The notes below the pieces were generated by a model. It was not told where the DNA came from, did not search any database, and saw nothing but the letters and a program-made list of their open reading frames with translations. Positions 57,156 through 64,000 of a stretch of DNA of 64,000 nucleotides are shown here, one piece after another. Source of the stretch: an uncultured bacterium (GTDB lineage Bacteria > Patescibacteriota > Minisyncoccia > Phycocordibacterales > GCA-2401445); the NCBI GenBank assembly GCA_937952265.1, contig CALFYW010000016.1, positions 13,086 through 77,085 of the forward strand. Reading direction: 5' to 3'. The stretch's first letter is position 1. Each line of letters opens with the position of its first letter. The position numbers and the translations under genes were made by a program.

Positions 57156-58610
57156 CTAAAAAGAGCTCAGCCCACTTGCCTCCATGACTCGATACAACCC
57201 ATACATAATTTTACGCTCATCAGCATAGGTGTGATAATCGCTTGTATATATATTGCCATCCTCATTATTCCAAATTGTTTCAATATAATCGTACGCTTCC
57301 GAAATCGCGGGGATTAACCCTTCGCTCTCCACTACGATATTCGTTTCAAGGTTAAAATCACCGATATTCCGACGTGTCATATTGGCAGACCCGAGAATAA
57401 GGGTGTAGGTATCTTTACTTTGAACGATAATTAGTTTGCTATGGCACTGTTCACCGTGGGTATCACACCATCTCACCTGCGCGCCATTGTGCGCATTTGT
57501 AAGCTCGCTCGCAACCGGACGATTCGGAACGCCGTTCTTTTTCCGACCAAATGCGTCTTTGTTTGGATCCAGCACTAATCGCACCGACACCCCTCGCCCA
57601 AGCGCGTCCTTGAGTGCTCGAACAACCTCTCGATCAGCAAGATAAAACATTACCAAATCAATACGATCATCAGGTTGAGTGGTGTTAATTGCATAAAGCA
57701 CCGCGTCACGAATTTTCTCTTCAGTAACCACCGTTACCGAAACATCACCTTGGCTAACCTCCGAATCATTAAAATCCGGAAGAATAATTTCCTTCCCTGA
57801 AAAATCACCTACTGCTTGTTCGCTTTTTAAAACTGCTTCAGCGGTCGAATCCCCAAAAACCAAGATCCCTACATTCTCATGCGCGCTTGACCCATCATGG
57901 GGATTCGCAGAAGTAATAAGTGTTGCCCATGATTCTCTGTCTTGGTGCGGATAATCAACCACCAACACTTTGCGATGATTTGCTTTAAAATTTAGTAGAG
58001 AAAGATACGATCGAAGACTCACCCCAGGACCGTGAGCAATAAAAGGGTTGGGGAGTCTCCCTTCCGTACTATTTCCAAACCATTGTACAAACAATCTCCA
58101 AAAAGACGCATAGAGTGGGTTACTATCCCGTAATTGTGTTAAATCGGTAATCACCACATCAATTCCCGCTGCTTCAAGTTCCTCAAAATGAGGAGAAATA
58201 TACCCTCCATAAATCATATTAATAGGATCGCTCACGACATAAATCGGCATATCAGGGTACGCCGTCTTCTTTAGAAGAAGCGCATCGGTGAGTTCAGAAG
58301 AAAGCGCTCGATACGTCTCCGGATTTTCTCCTTGAAAATCGTTATAGAGAAACATATCAAGCAGGATGTATTTCTCGGCACCTTGAATGAGCGAGAGCGC
58401 CGTGTCAAAAATCTCTTGCTCTGAGTGCCGTACTCCAGACTCATCAACATACGTAGTGTCTTTTAAAAACACCACTGACGATGGTGTTACTTCTGCGGTG
58501 CTCGAACGAGTACTGATCCCCACGGGAAGCACGCGGTTTGCATTATAAAAAACCGCAATACCAAGAATAAGAACTAAAAAAATCGTTTTGCGCCCGAATA
58601 ATCTTCCCAT
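57156..58610 (-). CDS. Phospholipase D-family protein (cardiolipin-synthase-like), membrane-anchored
   Basis: Two HKD motifs (NHRKVLVVD; HSKLIIVQ ... GSANMTRRN) and an N-terminal TM. Confidence 0.7.
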   Translation of the reverse strand: MGRLFGRKTIFLVLILGIAVFYNANRVLPVGISTRSSTAEVTPSSVVFLKDTTYVDESGVRHSEQEIFDTALSLIQGAEKYILLDMFLYNDFQGENPETYRALSSELTDALLLKKTAYPDMPIYVVSDPINMIYGGYISPHFEELEAAGIDVVITDLTQLRDSNPLYASFWRLFVQWFGNSTEGRLPNPFIAHGPGVSLRSYLSLLNFKANHRKVLVVDYPHQDRESWATLITSANPHDGSSAHENVGILVFGDSTAEAVLKSEQAVGDFSGKEIILPDFNDSEVSQGDVSVTVVTEEKIRDAVLYAINTTQPDDRIDLVMFYLADREVVRALKDALGRGVSVRLVLDPNKDAFGRKKNGVPNRPVASELTNAHNGAQVRWCDTHGEQCHSKLIIVQSKDTYTLILGSANMTRRNIGDFNLETNIVVESEGLIPAISEAYDYIETIWNNEDGNIYTSDYHTYADERKIMYGLYRVMEASGLSSF

Positions 58611-58624
58611 GCGCTAAGCCAAGA

Positions 58625-59008
58625 TTATTTTATTTTTTCAATAATCTTATCGGCGAGCTCTGAAATAGACCAGTCTCCTTTCACTAAATAGCCGACCACC
58701 CCTTTAGAGACCGTCTGAGCGACGTTCCCCATAAACTCAACTTGGGTTACCACAATGACCGGAACCTCCGCTCCCCACTTATCAGCGCGGAGCTGTTTGA
58801 GCGCATCAGGACCACTCACGTATGGGAGGAGTGTATCGAGCACAATAAGATCAGGGTGTTCCTTAAGCGCAACCGAAACCCCCTCTTCTCCGTCACTTGC
58901 GGTCAACACTCCGTAACCACGATCAGTGATCTCTTTCTTAATATTCGCAAGATACGCGCTATCATCATCCACAATGAGAATCGTCTTTTTTGTTTTTTTC
59001 TCTGTCAT
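58625..59008 (-). CDS. Stand-alone response-regulator receiver (REC) protein
   Basis: ILIVDDD ... LIVLDTLLP ... K. Start set at MTEKKTKK; upstream part of the ORF is probably non-coding. Confidence 0.65.
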   Translation of the reverse strand: MTEKKTKKTILIVDDDSAYLANIKKEITDRGYGVLTASDGEEGVSVALKEHPDLIVLDTLLPYVSGPDALKQLRADKWGAEVPVIVVTQVEFMGNVAQTVSKGVVGYLVKGDWSISELADKIIEKIK

Positions 59009-59120
59009 GATACTACAAATTATGTATATAGGATTAGTATACCAAAAAAAAGGAAAACATACTGTATGGTTGTTGACAAAAGACATTGACAAGAGACGCC
59101 TCCCCGATACCATAAACCAT

Positions 59121-59504
59121 ATGGCTATTATCTTCCTTATTGGGCGAATTCTCTTGGGGGGATTCTTTTTATACAACGGAATCAACCATTTTCTCAAAGC
59201 AGGTTCACTCACCCACTACGCCGCCTCAAAAGGTGTCCCCGCTCCAGGAATCGCGGTTTTTGGAACCGGCTTACTTCTCTTTTTTGGTGGACTCGGCGTG
59301 ATACTCGGCGTGTACCCAACTATCGCACTTTCATTCACAATCCTATTTTTGATCCCAACCACATTCATGATGCATGCATTCTGGAAAGAACATGATCCTG
59401 AAGAACGAGTGTCCCAAATGATTGCATTCAGTAAAAATATGGCGCTATTGGGAGCATCGCTTATGTTGCTCTCTTATCCCCTCCCGTGGCCATACATGTT
59501 CTAA
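59121..59504 (+). CDS. DoxX-family membrane protein
   Basis: MAIIFLIGRILLGGFFLYNGINHF DoxX-like N-terminus, four TM helices. Confidence 0.55.
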   Translation: MAIIFLIGRILLGGFFLYNGINHFLKAGSLTHYAASKGVPAPGIAVFGTGLLLFFGGLGVILGVYPTIALSFTILFLIPTTFMMHAFWKEHDPEERVSQMIAFSKNMALLGASLMLLSYPLPWPYMF

Positions 59505-59543
59505 TTCTAAATACGCTTTCTTTGATCTGCTACTTCACGAGAT

Positions 59544-60956
59544 CTAGTGGAAAAATAAACGAAACATCTTTTTTGCAAATGGAGTGAGTTTCTCCGCTTC
59601 TTGATTGAGTGCTAAACTTCGATTCACGCGTGTCATGCTCGAATATGGATATATTTTTTTAAGTAAAGTATTGAGGGTGTGGCCATGAGTCATAATATAG
59701 ATAAGCTCTTGAATGAGCTCCCCCGCATACGGCGCAATCATACTTCCTCCCAAAATTCTCCCACGAGGAGTGCACTGTACTTTGAGAAGCCCGTATTGGT
59801 ATGAACCAATAATCGCACACTCGTCGTTCTCAAAGCGGTACCGGTAAGTTTTAAAAGGCACTTTGCGTCTCTTTAATTCATCCTCACTTACGCCAAAAGT
59901 TGCTACTTCGGGGTCCCCATGGGTAACCCGAGCATATATACCCTTTCGATATTTCTTTTTAAAGAATGAAAAAAGGTTGTGCAAAATAATCTTTTCGTGT
60001 TCTTGAACATCGTGGGTAAACTGAGGACCTTCTAAAGCATCCCCGCACACCAGAACACGCTTGTTGCTCGTGCGTAAATACGCATCTACCACAATAGTAT
60101 TTTTCTCCACGCGTATTCCCGCGTCTTCTAATTTCAAATTTTCAATATTTGGAACCCCTCCTATGGCCACCAACAACGCATCAAAGGCAATTGCTTCTTC
60201 GACCTGATTTTCTTTTGAGACGATCATTTGCCTTCCGCCTCGTATTGATTCAATGTTTCGTTTTAAATAAAAACTGATACCCTGCTTCTTTAAACGGCTA
60301 AGGAGTATCTCTGATATTTCCCTATCTTCACGCGGAAGAATACGGTCTTCAACATCAACAATTGATACGTGAGACCCGAGTGCTGAAAACGCTTGTCCCA
60401 ATTCAATACCCGTGGGACCCGCACCAACAACAAGAAGCCGTTTGGGCAAAAAGGTAATGGAAAAAATATTCTCATGAGTAAATACCCGTGCATCTGATAT
60501 GCCATCAACCTCTAACGGACGGGGTCGAGACCCGGTGGCAATGACAATTTTCTTCCCCACATAACGGATACCCCCTACTACGACACTCTTCGCATTAGCA
60601 AATGATGCCTCACCTAAAACCACGGTGATACCCTCTTTTTGAAGGGATGAAATATCTTTATGCGCGCGTAGTGCGTTCGCTTGAGAAGAAATCGCTTCTA
60701 TTATTTTCCCCATATCAGCCGATCCTTCGAGTGAATACCCAAACACCGAAGCATCTCTACCAGCCCGAATACGGGAAGCAATGTGTAAGAGCGATTTTGA
60801 AGAAGCGCATCCGTTATTCAAAGAATCTCCTCCGATATGCGATGGGCTTTTGTCAATCAATAAAACCGCGAACCCTCTACGGTTCATAAACGAGGCAATA
60901 CCCAAACCGCACGCTCCGGCGCCAATAATGATAATATCAAAACGATTTGACCCCAT
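59544..60956 (-). CDS. FAD-dependent pyridine nucleotide-disulfide oxidoreductase (Lpd/MerA class I fold) with degenerate redox disulfide
   Basis: FAD GxGxxG IIIIGAGACG; active-site region GGDSLNNGCASSK where the classical sequence is GGTCLNVGCIPSK; NAD GxGxxG VVGAGPTG. Confidence 0.65.
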   Translation of the reverse strand: MGSNRFDIIIIGAGACGLGIASFMNRRGFAVLLIDKSPSHIGGDSLNNGCASSKSLLHIASRIRAGRDASVFGYSLEGSADMGKIIEAISSQANALRAHKDISSLQKEGITVVLGEASFANAKSVVVGGIRYVGKKIVIATGSRPRPLEVDGISDARVFTHENIFSITFLPKRLLVVGAGPTGIELGQAFSALGSHVSIVDVEDRILPREDREISEILLSRLKKQGISFYLKRNIESIRGGRQMIVSKENQVEEAIAFDALLVAIGGVPNIENLKLEDAGIRVEKNTIVVDAYLRTSNKRVLVCGDALEGPQFTHDVQEHEKIILHNLFSFFKKKYRKGIYARVTHGDPEVATFGVSEDELKRRKVPFKTYRYRFENDECAIIGSYQYGLLKVQCTPRGRILGGSMIAPYAGELIQELIYIMTHGHTLNTLLKKIYPYSSMTRVNRSLALNQEAEKLTPFAKKMFRLFFH

Positions 60957-61617
60957 GTTGCTTCTTAAATGTGTGATAATAATAGAACACTCCTCCTCCC
61001 ACAAATACAAAGAAAAGGATGAATGCGGGCAAATATCCTATCGTGCTGGTAACGAGCGCGTCACCTAAAATGGTTGTAGCAAATGTCCCCGGAATGATAC
61101 CGAGCAGGGTTCCCCAGAAAAAATTTCGAAATGATACCCTCGTTAAACCAAAACCAACATTCAAGAGATTGAAGGAGATAATTGGAATCAGGCGTAGAAT
61201 AAGTACAGTCTGAAATCCTCGAGATGCTATTTTCTCTTCATACAGAAAGATCTTCTTAAACCGTGTTGAGAGTATTCTCGTAACCGTTTCTTCTCCTAAA
61301 AGACGCGCCAGAAAAAAAGTGATCGCCGATCCGATAGTACCGCCAATAATAACCAGACACCCGCCAAGAAAAGGTCCAAACAGTGCGCCTCCTGCCAAAG
61401 AAAACGGGATCGCGGGTATAAAAAAAAGTATCGTACTTATAATATAGATGAGTATAAAGATAATTGGGGCAAACGCTCCATATCTACCCACATACTCACG
61501 CAACACTGATTCAGTGATAAAGTCAGTGAGGTTGTACGCATAAACCACCCACCCTGAAAGAATGAGGAGGAGAAGAAAGATGCTCGGTTTAATCCAAAAA
61601 CGAAACTGTTTATGCAT
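60937..61617 (-). CDS. DedA/TVP38-family membrane protein
   Basis: VILRLIPIISFNLLNVGFGLTRVSFRNFFWGTLLG core motif. Confidence 0.7.
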   Translation of the reverse strand: MHKQFRFWIKPSIFLLLLILSGWVVYAYNLTDFITESVLREYVGRYGAFAPIIFILIYIISTILFFIPAIPFSLAGGALFGPFLGGCLVIIGGTIGSAITFFLARLLGEETVTRILSTRFKKIFLYEEKIASRGFQTVLILRLIPIISFNLLNVGFGLTRVSFRNFFWGTLLGIIPGTFATTILGDALVTSTIGYLPAFILFFVFVGGGVFYYYHTFKKQHGVKSF

Positions 61618-61635
61618 AAGCCGTGATATAGAGCG

Positions 61636-62184
61636 TTACACTCCGCACACACCCCCTTTGCCTTGCTTCTCAAGATAGCGCTGATGGTATGCTTCAGCTG
61701 GATAAAAAGGGCCCGCTTCTTCAATACTAGTTACGATTGGACTTCCAAATACACCCGCTTCCTCTAAATTATTCTTTTTCTCACGCGCAATACGCTCTTG
61801 TAATGCGTTAAAATAGAAAACAACTGAACGATACTGGGCACCAATATCTCCGCCTTGCCGATCCGGTGTGGTAGGATCGTGAATTTTCCAAAATATATCA
61901 AGAAGGGTCTCAAAACTCACGATTGAAGGATCGGAGACAATTTCGATTACCTCAGCATGGCCAGTTTCCCCTGAACAGACGTCTTCATAGGTAGGATTTT
62001 GGGTTGTTCCTCCTGAATACCCTACCGTGGTTTGGATCACACCTTCAACCTTCCGAAAAGCTTCTTCAACTCCCCAAAAACAACCGGCACCAAATCGCGC
62101 TTTTTGATATATCCCATCATTTCCCATAAATTTAGTATAATGACTACCCACACCAGAATCAAACAGGGTTTTAACTACACACAT
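61636..62184 (-). CDS. msrA: Peptide methionine sulfoxide reductase MsrA
   Basis: GAGCFWGVEEAF active site. True start may be M20 at 62127. Confidence 0.85.
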   Translation of the reverse strand: MCVVKTLFDSGVGSHYTKFMGNDGIYQKARFGAGCFWGVEEAFRKVEGVIQTTVGYSGGTTQNPTYEDVCSGETGHAEVIEIVSDPSIVSFETLLDIFWKIHDPTTPDRQGGDIGAQYRSVVFYFNALQERIAREKKNNLEEAGVFGSPIVTSIEEAGPFYPAEAYHQRYLEKQGKGGVCGV

Positions 62185-62280
62185 GCGCCATAGAGACCCA
62201 GCAGAAGGCCGATAATGAAATATGATGCAACCATCTCAGTAAAAAGGTTATAATAAAAAAGTGAGTAGCAATCTATTTCT

Positions 62281-62796
62281 ATGACCTATAATCTCCACCC
62301 TATTATTGTTCATTTCCCTATCGCATTTCTGTTTCTCTACGCCGTGATAAAGATCCTACCGATGAGGAAATGGTTCCCGAGGATTTCGTGGATGCAGATT
62401 GAAATACTCCTTCTTTCAGTCGGAGTGGTAGGCGCCATCGGTGCAAATATCACCGGAAATATTGCCGAGAAATTACTTCGCCCCGATCCGGCGCTGGTAA
62501 ATATGCATGAGCTGTTTGCAAGCGTGAGCATACTTACCTTTGCGCTACTCTGGTTTGGAGAAATACTTTCTCTTTATCATACGTCCATCATCTCACAATG
62601 GAAGATGCGGAAAGTGGTTGTGCTCCTTGAACACCTTCAAAAAATACTGACACATCCATTGATATCAAAAATACTTGCCTTCATTGGGCTTGTTGCGCTC
62701 ATGCTAACTGGCTTACTCGGGGGGGTAATGGTGCACGGCACCTCAGTGGACCCACTCGCGCCATTCGTCCTCAATATATTAGGTATTCCCTACTAA
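62281..62796 (+). CDS. Hypothetical membrane protein
   Basis: Four TM helices; HPIIVHFPIAF N-terminus. Confidence 0.35.
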   Translation: MTYNLHPIIVHFPIAFLFLYAVIKILPMRKWFPRISWMQIEILLLSVGVVGAIGANITGNIAEKLLRPDPALVNMHELFASVSILTFALLWFGEILSLYHTSIISQWKMRKVVVLLEHLQKILTHPLISKILAFIGLVALMLTGLLGGVMVHGTSVDPLAPFVLNILGIPY

Positions 62797-62845
62797 GATG
62801 CTACACTAGATGTAGTCGTATTATGAGCCTTAATTATTACCTACT

Positions 62846-63050
62846 ATGAAAACGATTAAATGTTCACAAGTTGGCGGAGGAAGCTGTGCGTTTGAAGTAA
62901 CCGGCAACCGCACAAGAAGCAAAAGATCAATTTAGCGCGCACGCGCAAGAAGCACATGCCGAGATGGTGGCACAAGCAACACCTGAAAGCATGAAGGAGT
63001 GGCATACTATGTTTGAGGGTGTGTGGGAATCTACTCCAGAGAATTCCTAA
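62846..63050 (+). pseudogene. DUF1059-like small metal-binding protein gene interrupted by a +1 frameshift
   Basis: Frame 1 reads MKTIKCSQVGGGSCAFEVTGN and stops at 62933. The +1 frame continues from 62910 as AQEAKDQFSAHAQEAHAEMV ... to the TAA at 63048. Confidence 0.5.
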
Positions 63051-63062
63051 GCTTCTCCAAAA

Positions 63063-63095
63063 ACCGCCCTACACATCTGCAGGGCGGTTTTTTTA
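63063..63095 (+). terminator. Rho-independent terminator
   Basis: accgccct-N10-agggcggt followed by TTTTTTT. Confidence 0.65.
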
Positions 63096-63161
63096 CTACC
63101 TTCTCTCTTTAAGTATTTTTTGATATAACAAAAGCACTCACTTGCTTCATAGTGGGTAATT

Positions 63162-63235
63162 TGCCGGATCGTCTAATGGTAGGACAATGGATTCTGGCTC
63201 CATTAATCTAGGTTCGAGTCCTAGTCCGGCAGCCA
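63162..63235 (+). tRNA. tRNA-Gln (CTG)
   Basis: U1:A72 and G73 (Gln identity), anticodon loop TTCTGGC, T-loop TTCGAGT, encoded CCA. Confidence 0.75.
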
Positions 63236-63241
63236 AAAAGG

Positions 63242-63389
63242 TATGTCGCAAGGCGACATTGTTCGAGCTCTCGGCGTAAGCCGAAGTTTTGTGAGTAATA
63301 TTGAAAACGGAAAGACCAACCCAACACTTTCGACCATTAAGCGCATCGCAGATGCGCTCGGCGTGTCGGTAGATAGACTTTTGAAATGA
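63242..63389 (+). CDS. Short XRE-type HTH ORF (lacks helix 1), translationally coupled to the next gene
   Basis: MSQGDIVRALGVSRSFVSNIENGKTNPTLSTIKRIADALGVSVDRLLK. ATG is 6 nt after the tRNA-Gln 3' end. Its stop overlaps the next ATG (ATGA). Confidence 0.35.
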
Positions 63390-64000
63390 GTATGTTGAGA
63401 CAAGACGTACAAACACATACTAATTACTCCGATGGTGAAAATACCATAACCCAAATGGTGAAGAGTGCTATAGACATTGGGATTGAATCAATAGTTATAT
63501 CAGACCATGCAAAAGGGTGGGTATCCGGTGATGGAACACGGTCAGAATTTTTTCCTACTTACGAAAAATATGTGAACTATCTTCAAGAGGTAGAGCATGT
63601 AAAGAATGTCTTTAGTGACAAAATAAAGATATTCTCTGGCTTAGAAATCGAAATCGGGGTTCAAGGAGATTTTAAACTGGACGCAGGAATAATTGAATAT
63701 GCACAAAAACATAAGGACCGGAGAAAGCTTGGGGTAGATATTTTATTGGGCTCCATCCATTCAGAAAGTTTTGAAGAGGACTGCACAGAACAAGAAATCA
63801 AAGTCAAAGACAAGCGTGCAGTAATGATTGAAAATATGATCAATCTCATTCGTAATAAGAAGATTGACATATTCGCACATCCTTTTCAGGCATTACATGG
63901 ACAGTTTTCTGATAATCTTTCAGAAAAAGAAACCGAGCAGATCATTAATACTTTTGAAATGGAGTGGAGATCAGGCCACTCCATTTTCTTTGAACTCAAT
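63386..64000 (+). CDS. PHP-domain metal-dependent phosphoesterase; 3' end lies outside the window
   Basis: HTHTNYSDG and VISDHA PHP motifs. Frame open to the window end. Confidence 0.65.
   Translation, partial: MSMLRQDVQTHTNYSDGENTITQMVKSAIDIGIESIVISDHAKGWVSGDGTRSEFFPTYEKYVNYLQEVEHVKNVFSDKIKIFSGLEIEIGVQGDFKLDAGIIEYAQKHKDRRKLGVDILLGSIHSESFEEDCTEQEIKVKDKRAVMIENMINLIRNKKIDIFAHPFQALHGQFSDNLSEKETEQIINTFEMEWRSGHSIFFELN

Noticed and set aside
59074-59117. Candidate sigma70-like promoter (two TTGACA boxes, ATAAAC about 18 nt downstream) for the DoxX gene
   Set aside because: The spacing would put the transcription start essentially on the ATG, and the -10 is weak. Plausible, but not supportable without transcript data.
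58625-59212. Long 195-aa form of the REC protein
   Set aside because: The N-terminal 68 aa are hydrophobic or odd and precede a good internal start (MTEKKTKK) placed at the canonical distance from the receiver Asp pocket. The shorter CDS is preferred.
63147-63454. Two minus-strand ORFs (89 and 77 aa) overlapping tRNA-Gln
   Set aside because: They overlap a well-formed tRNA and the plus-strand HTH/PHP genes; antisense artefacts.
1-64000. CRISPR array, rRNA genes, integrase, transposase or phage structural genes
   Set aside because: Scanned for short direct-repeat and spacer periodicity, rRNA-like conserved stretches, and tyrosine or serine recombinase or DDE motifs in all ORFs. None recognised. 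The island therefore lacks an identifiable mobilisation gene within this window.

Overview
This 64-kb window reads as a gene-dense, mostly minus-strand chromosomal segment of a small-genome bacterium. GC content is moderate by eye, several housekeeping proteins are shortened (AlaRS lacks its C-terminal domain, UvrC lacks its HhH tail), and there are many small membrane or zinc-ribbon ORFs. I infer a CPR/Patescibacteria-like lineage from this; it is not proven. The recognisable core genes are listed in the features and are not repeated here. Highlights: a fused grpE-dnaK-dnaJ plus ribosomal alpha-operon block (rpsM-rpsK-rpsD-rpoA-rplQ with rplM-rpsI), an oxidative pentose-phosphate/glycolysis cluster (zwf-gnd-pgl-pgi plus a ROK glucokinase), uvrA, uvrB and a short uvrC, six tRNAs, and a partial sensor histidine kinase at the left window edge. 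The most unusual region is a roughly 4.2-kb, AT-richer, tightly packed seven-gene minus-strand operon at about 35.2-39.4 kb. It encodes four paralogous MFCxxCG zinc-ribbon proteins fused to different modules: a membrane trypsin-like protease, a DUF4234-like membrane domain and two unknown domains. Two further unknown proteins and an XRE-family HTH regulator with a perfect 14-bp palindromic operator complete it. The operon is bracketed by two inverted copies of a roughly 270-330-bp GC-rich, internally palindromic repeat and lies next to a tRNA-Ala/Pro/Ala cluster. No integrase, transposase, CRISPR array or rRNA was seen. Other features worth a second look are a stand-alone Cas4-like PD-(D/E)XK nuclease beside an MGMT-like protein, a sigma70-region-4 plus HARE-HTH protein, an Lpd-like flavoprotein with a degenerate redox disulfide, a frameshifted DUF1059 gene, and a truncated XRE ORF abutting tRNA-Gln.
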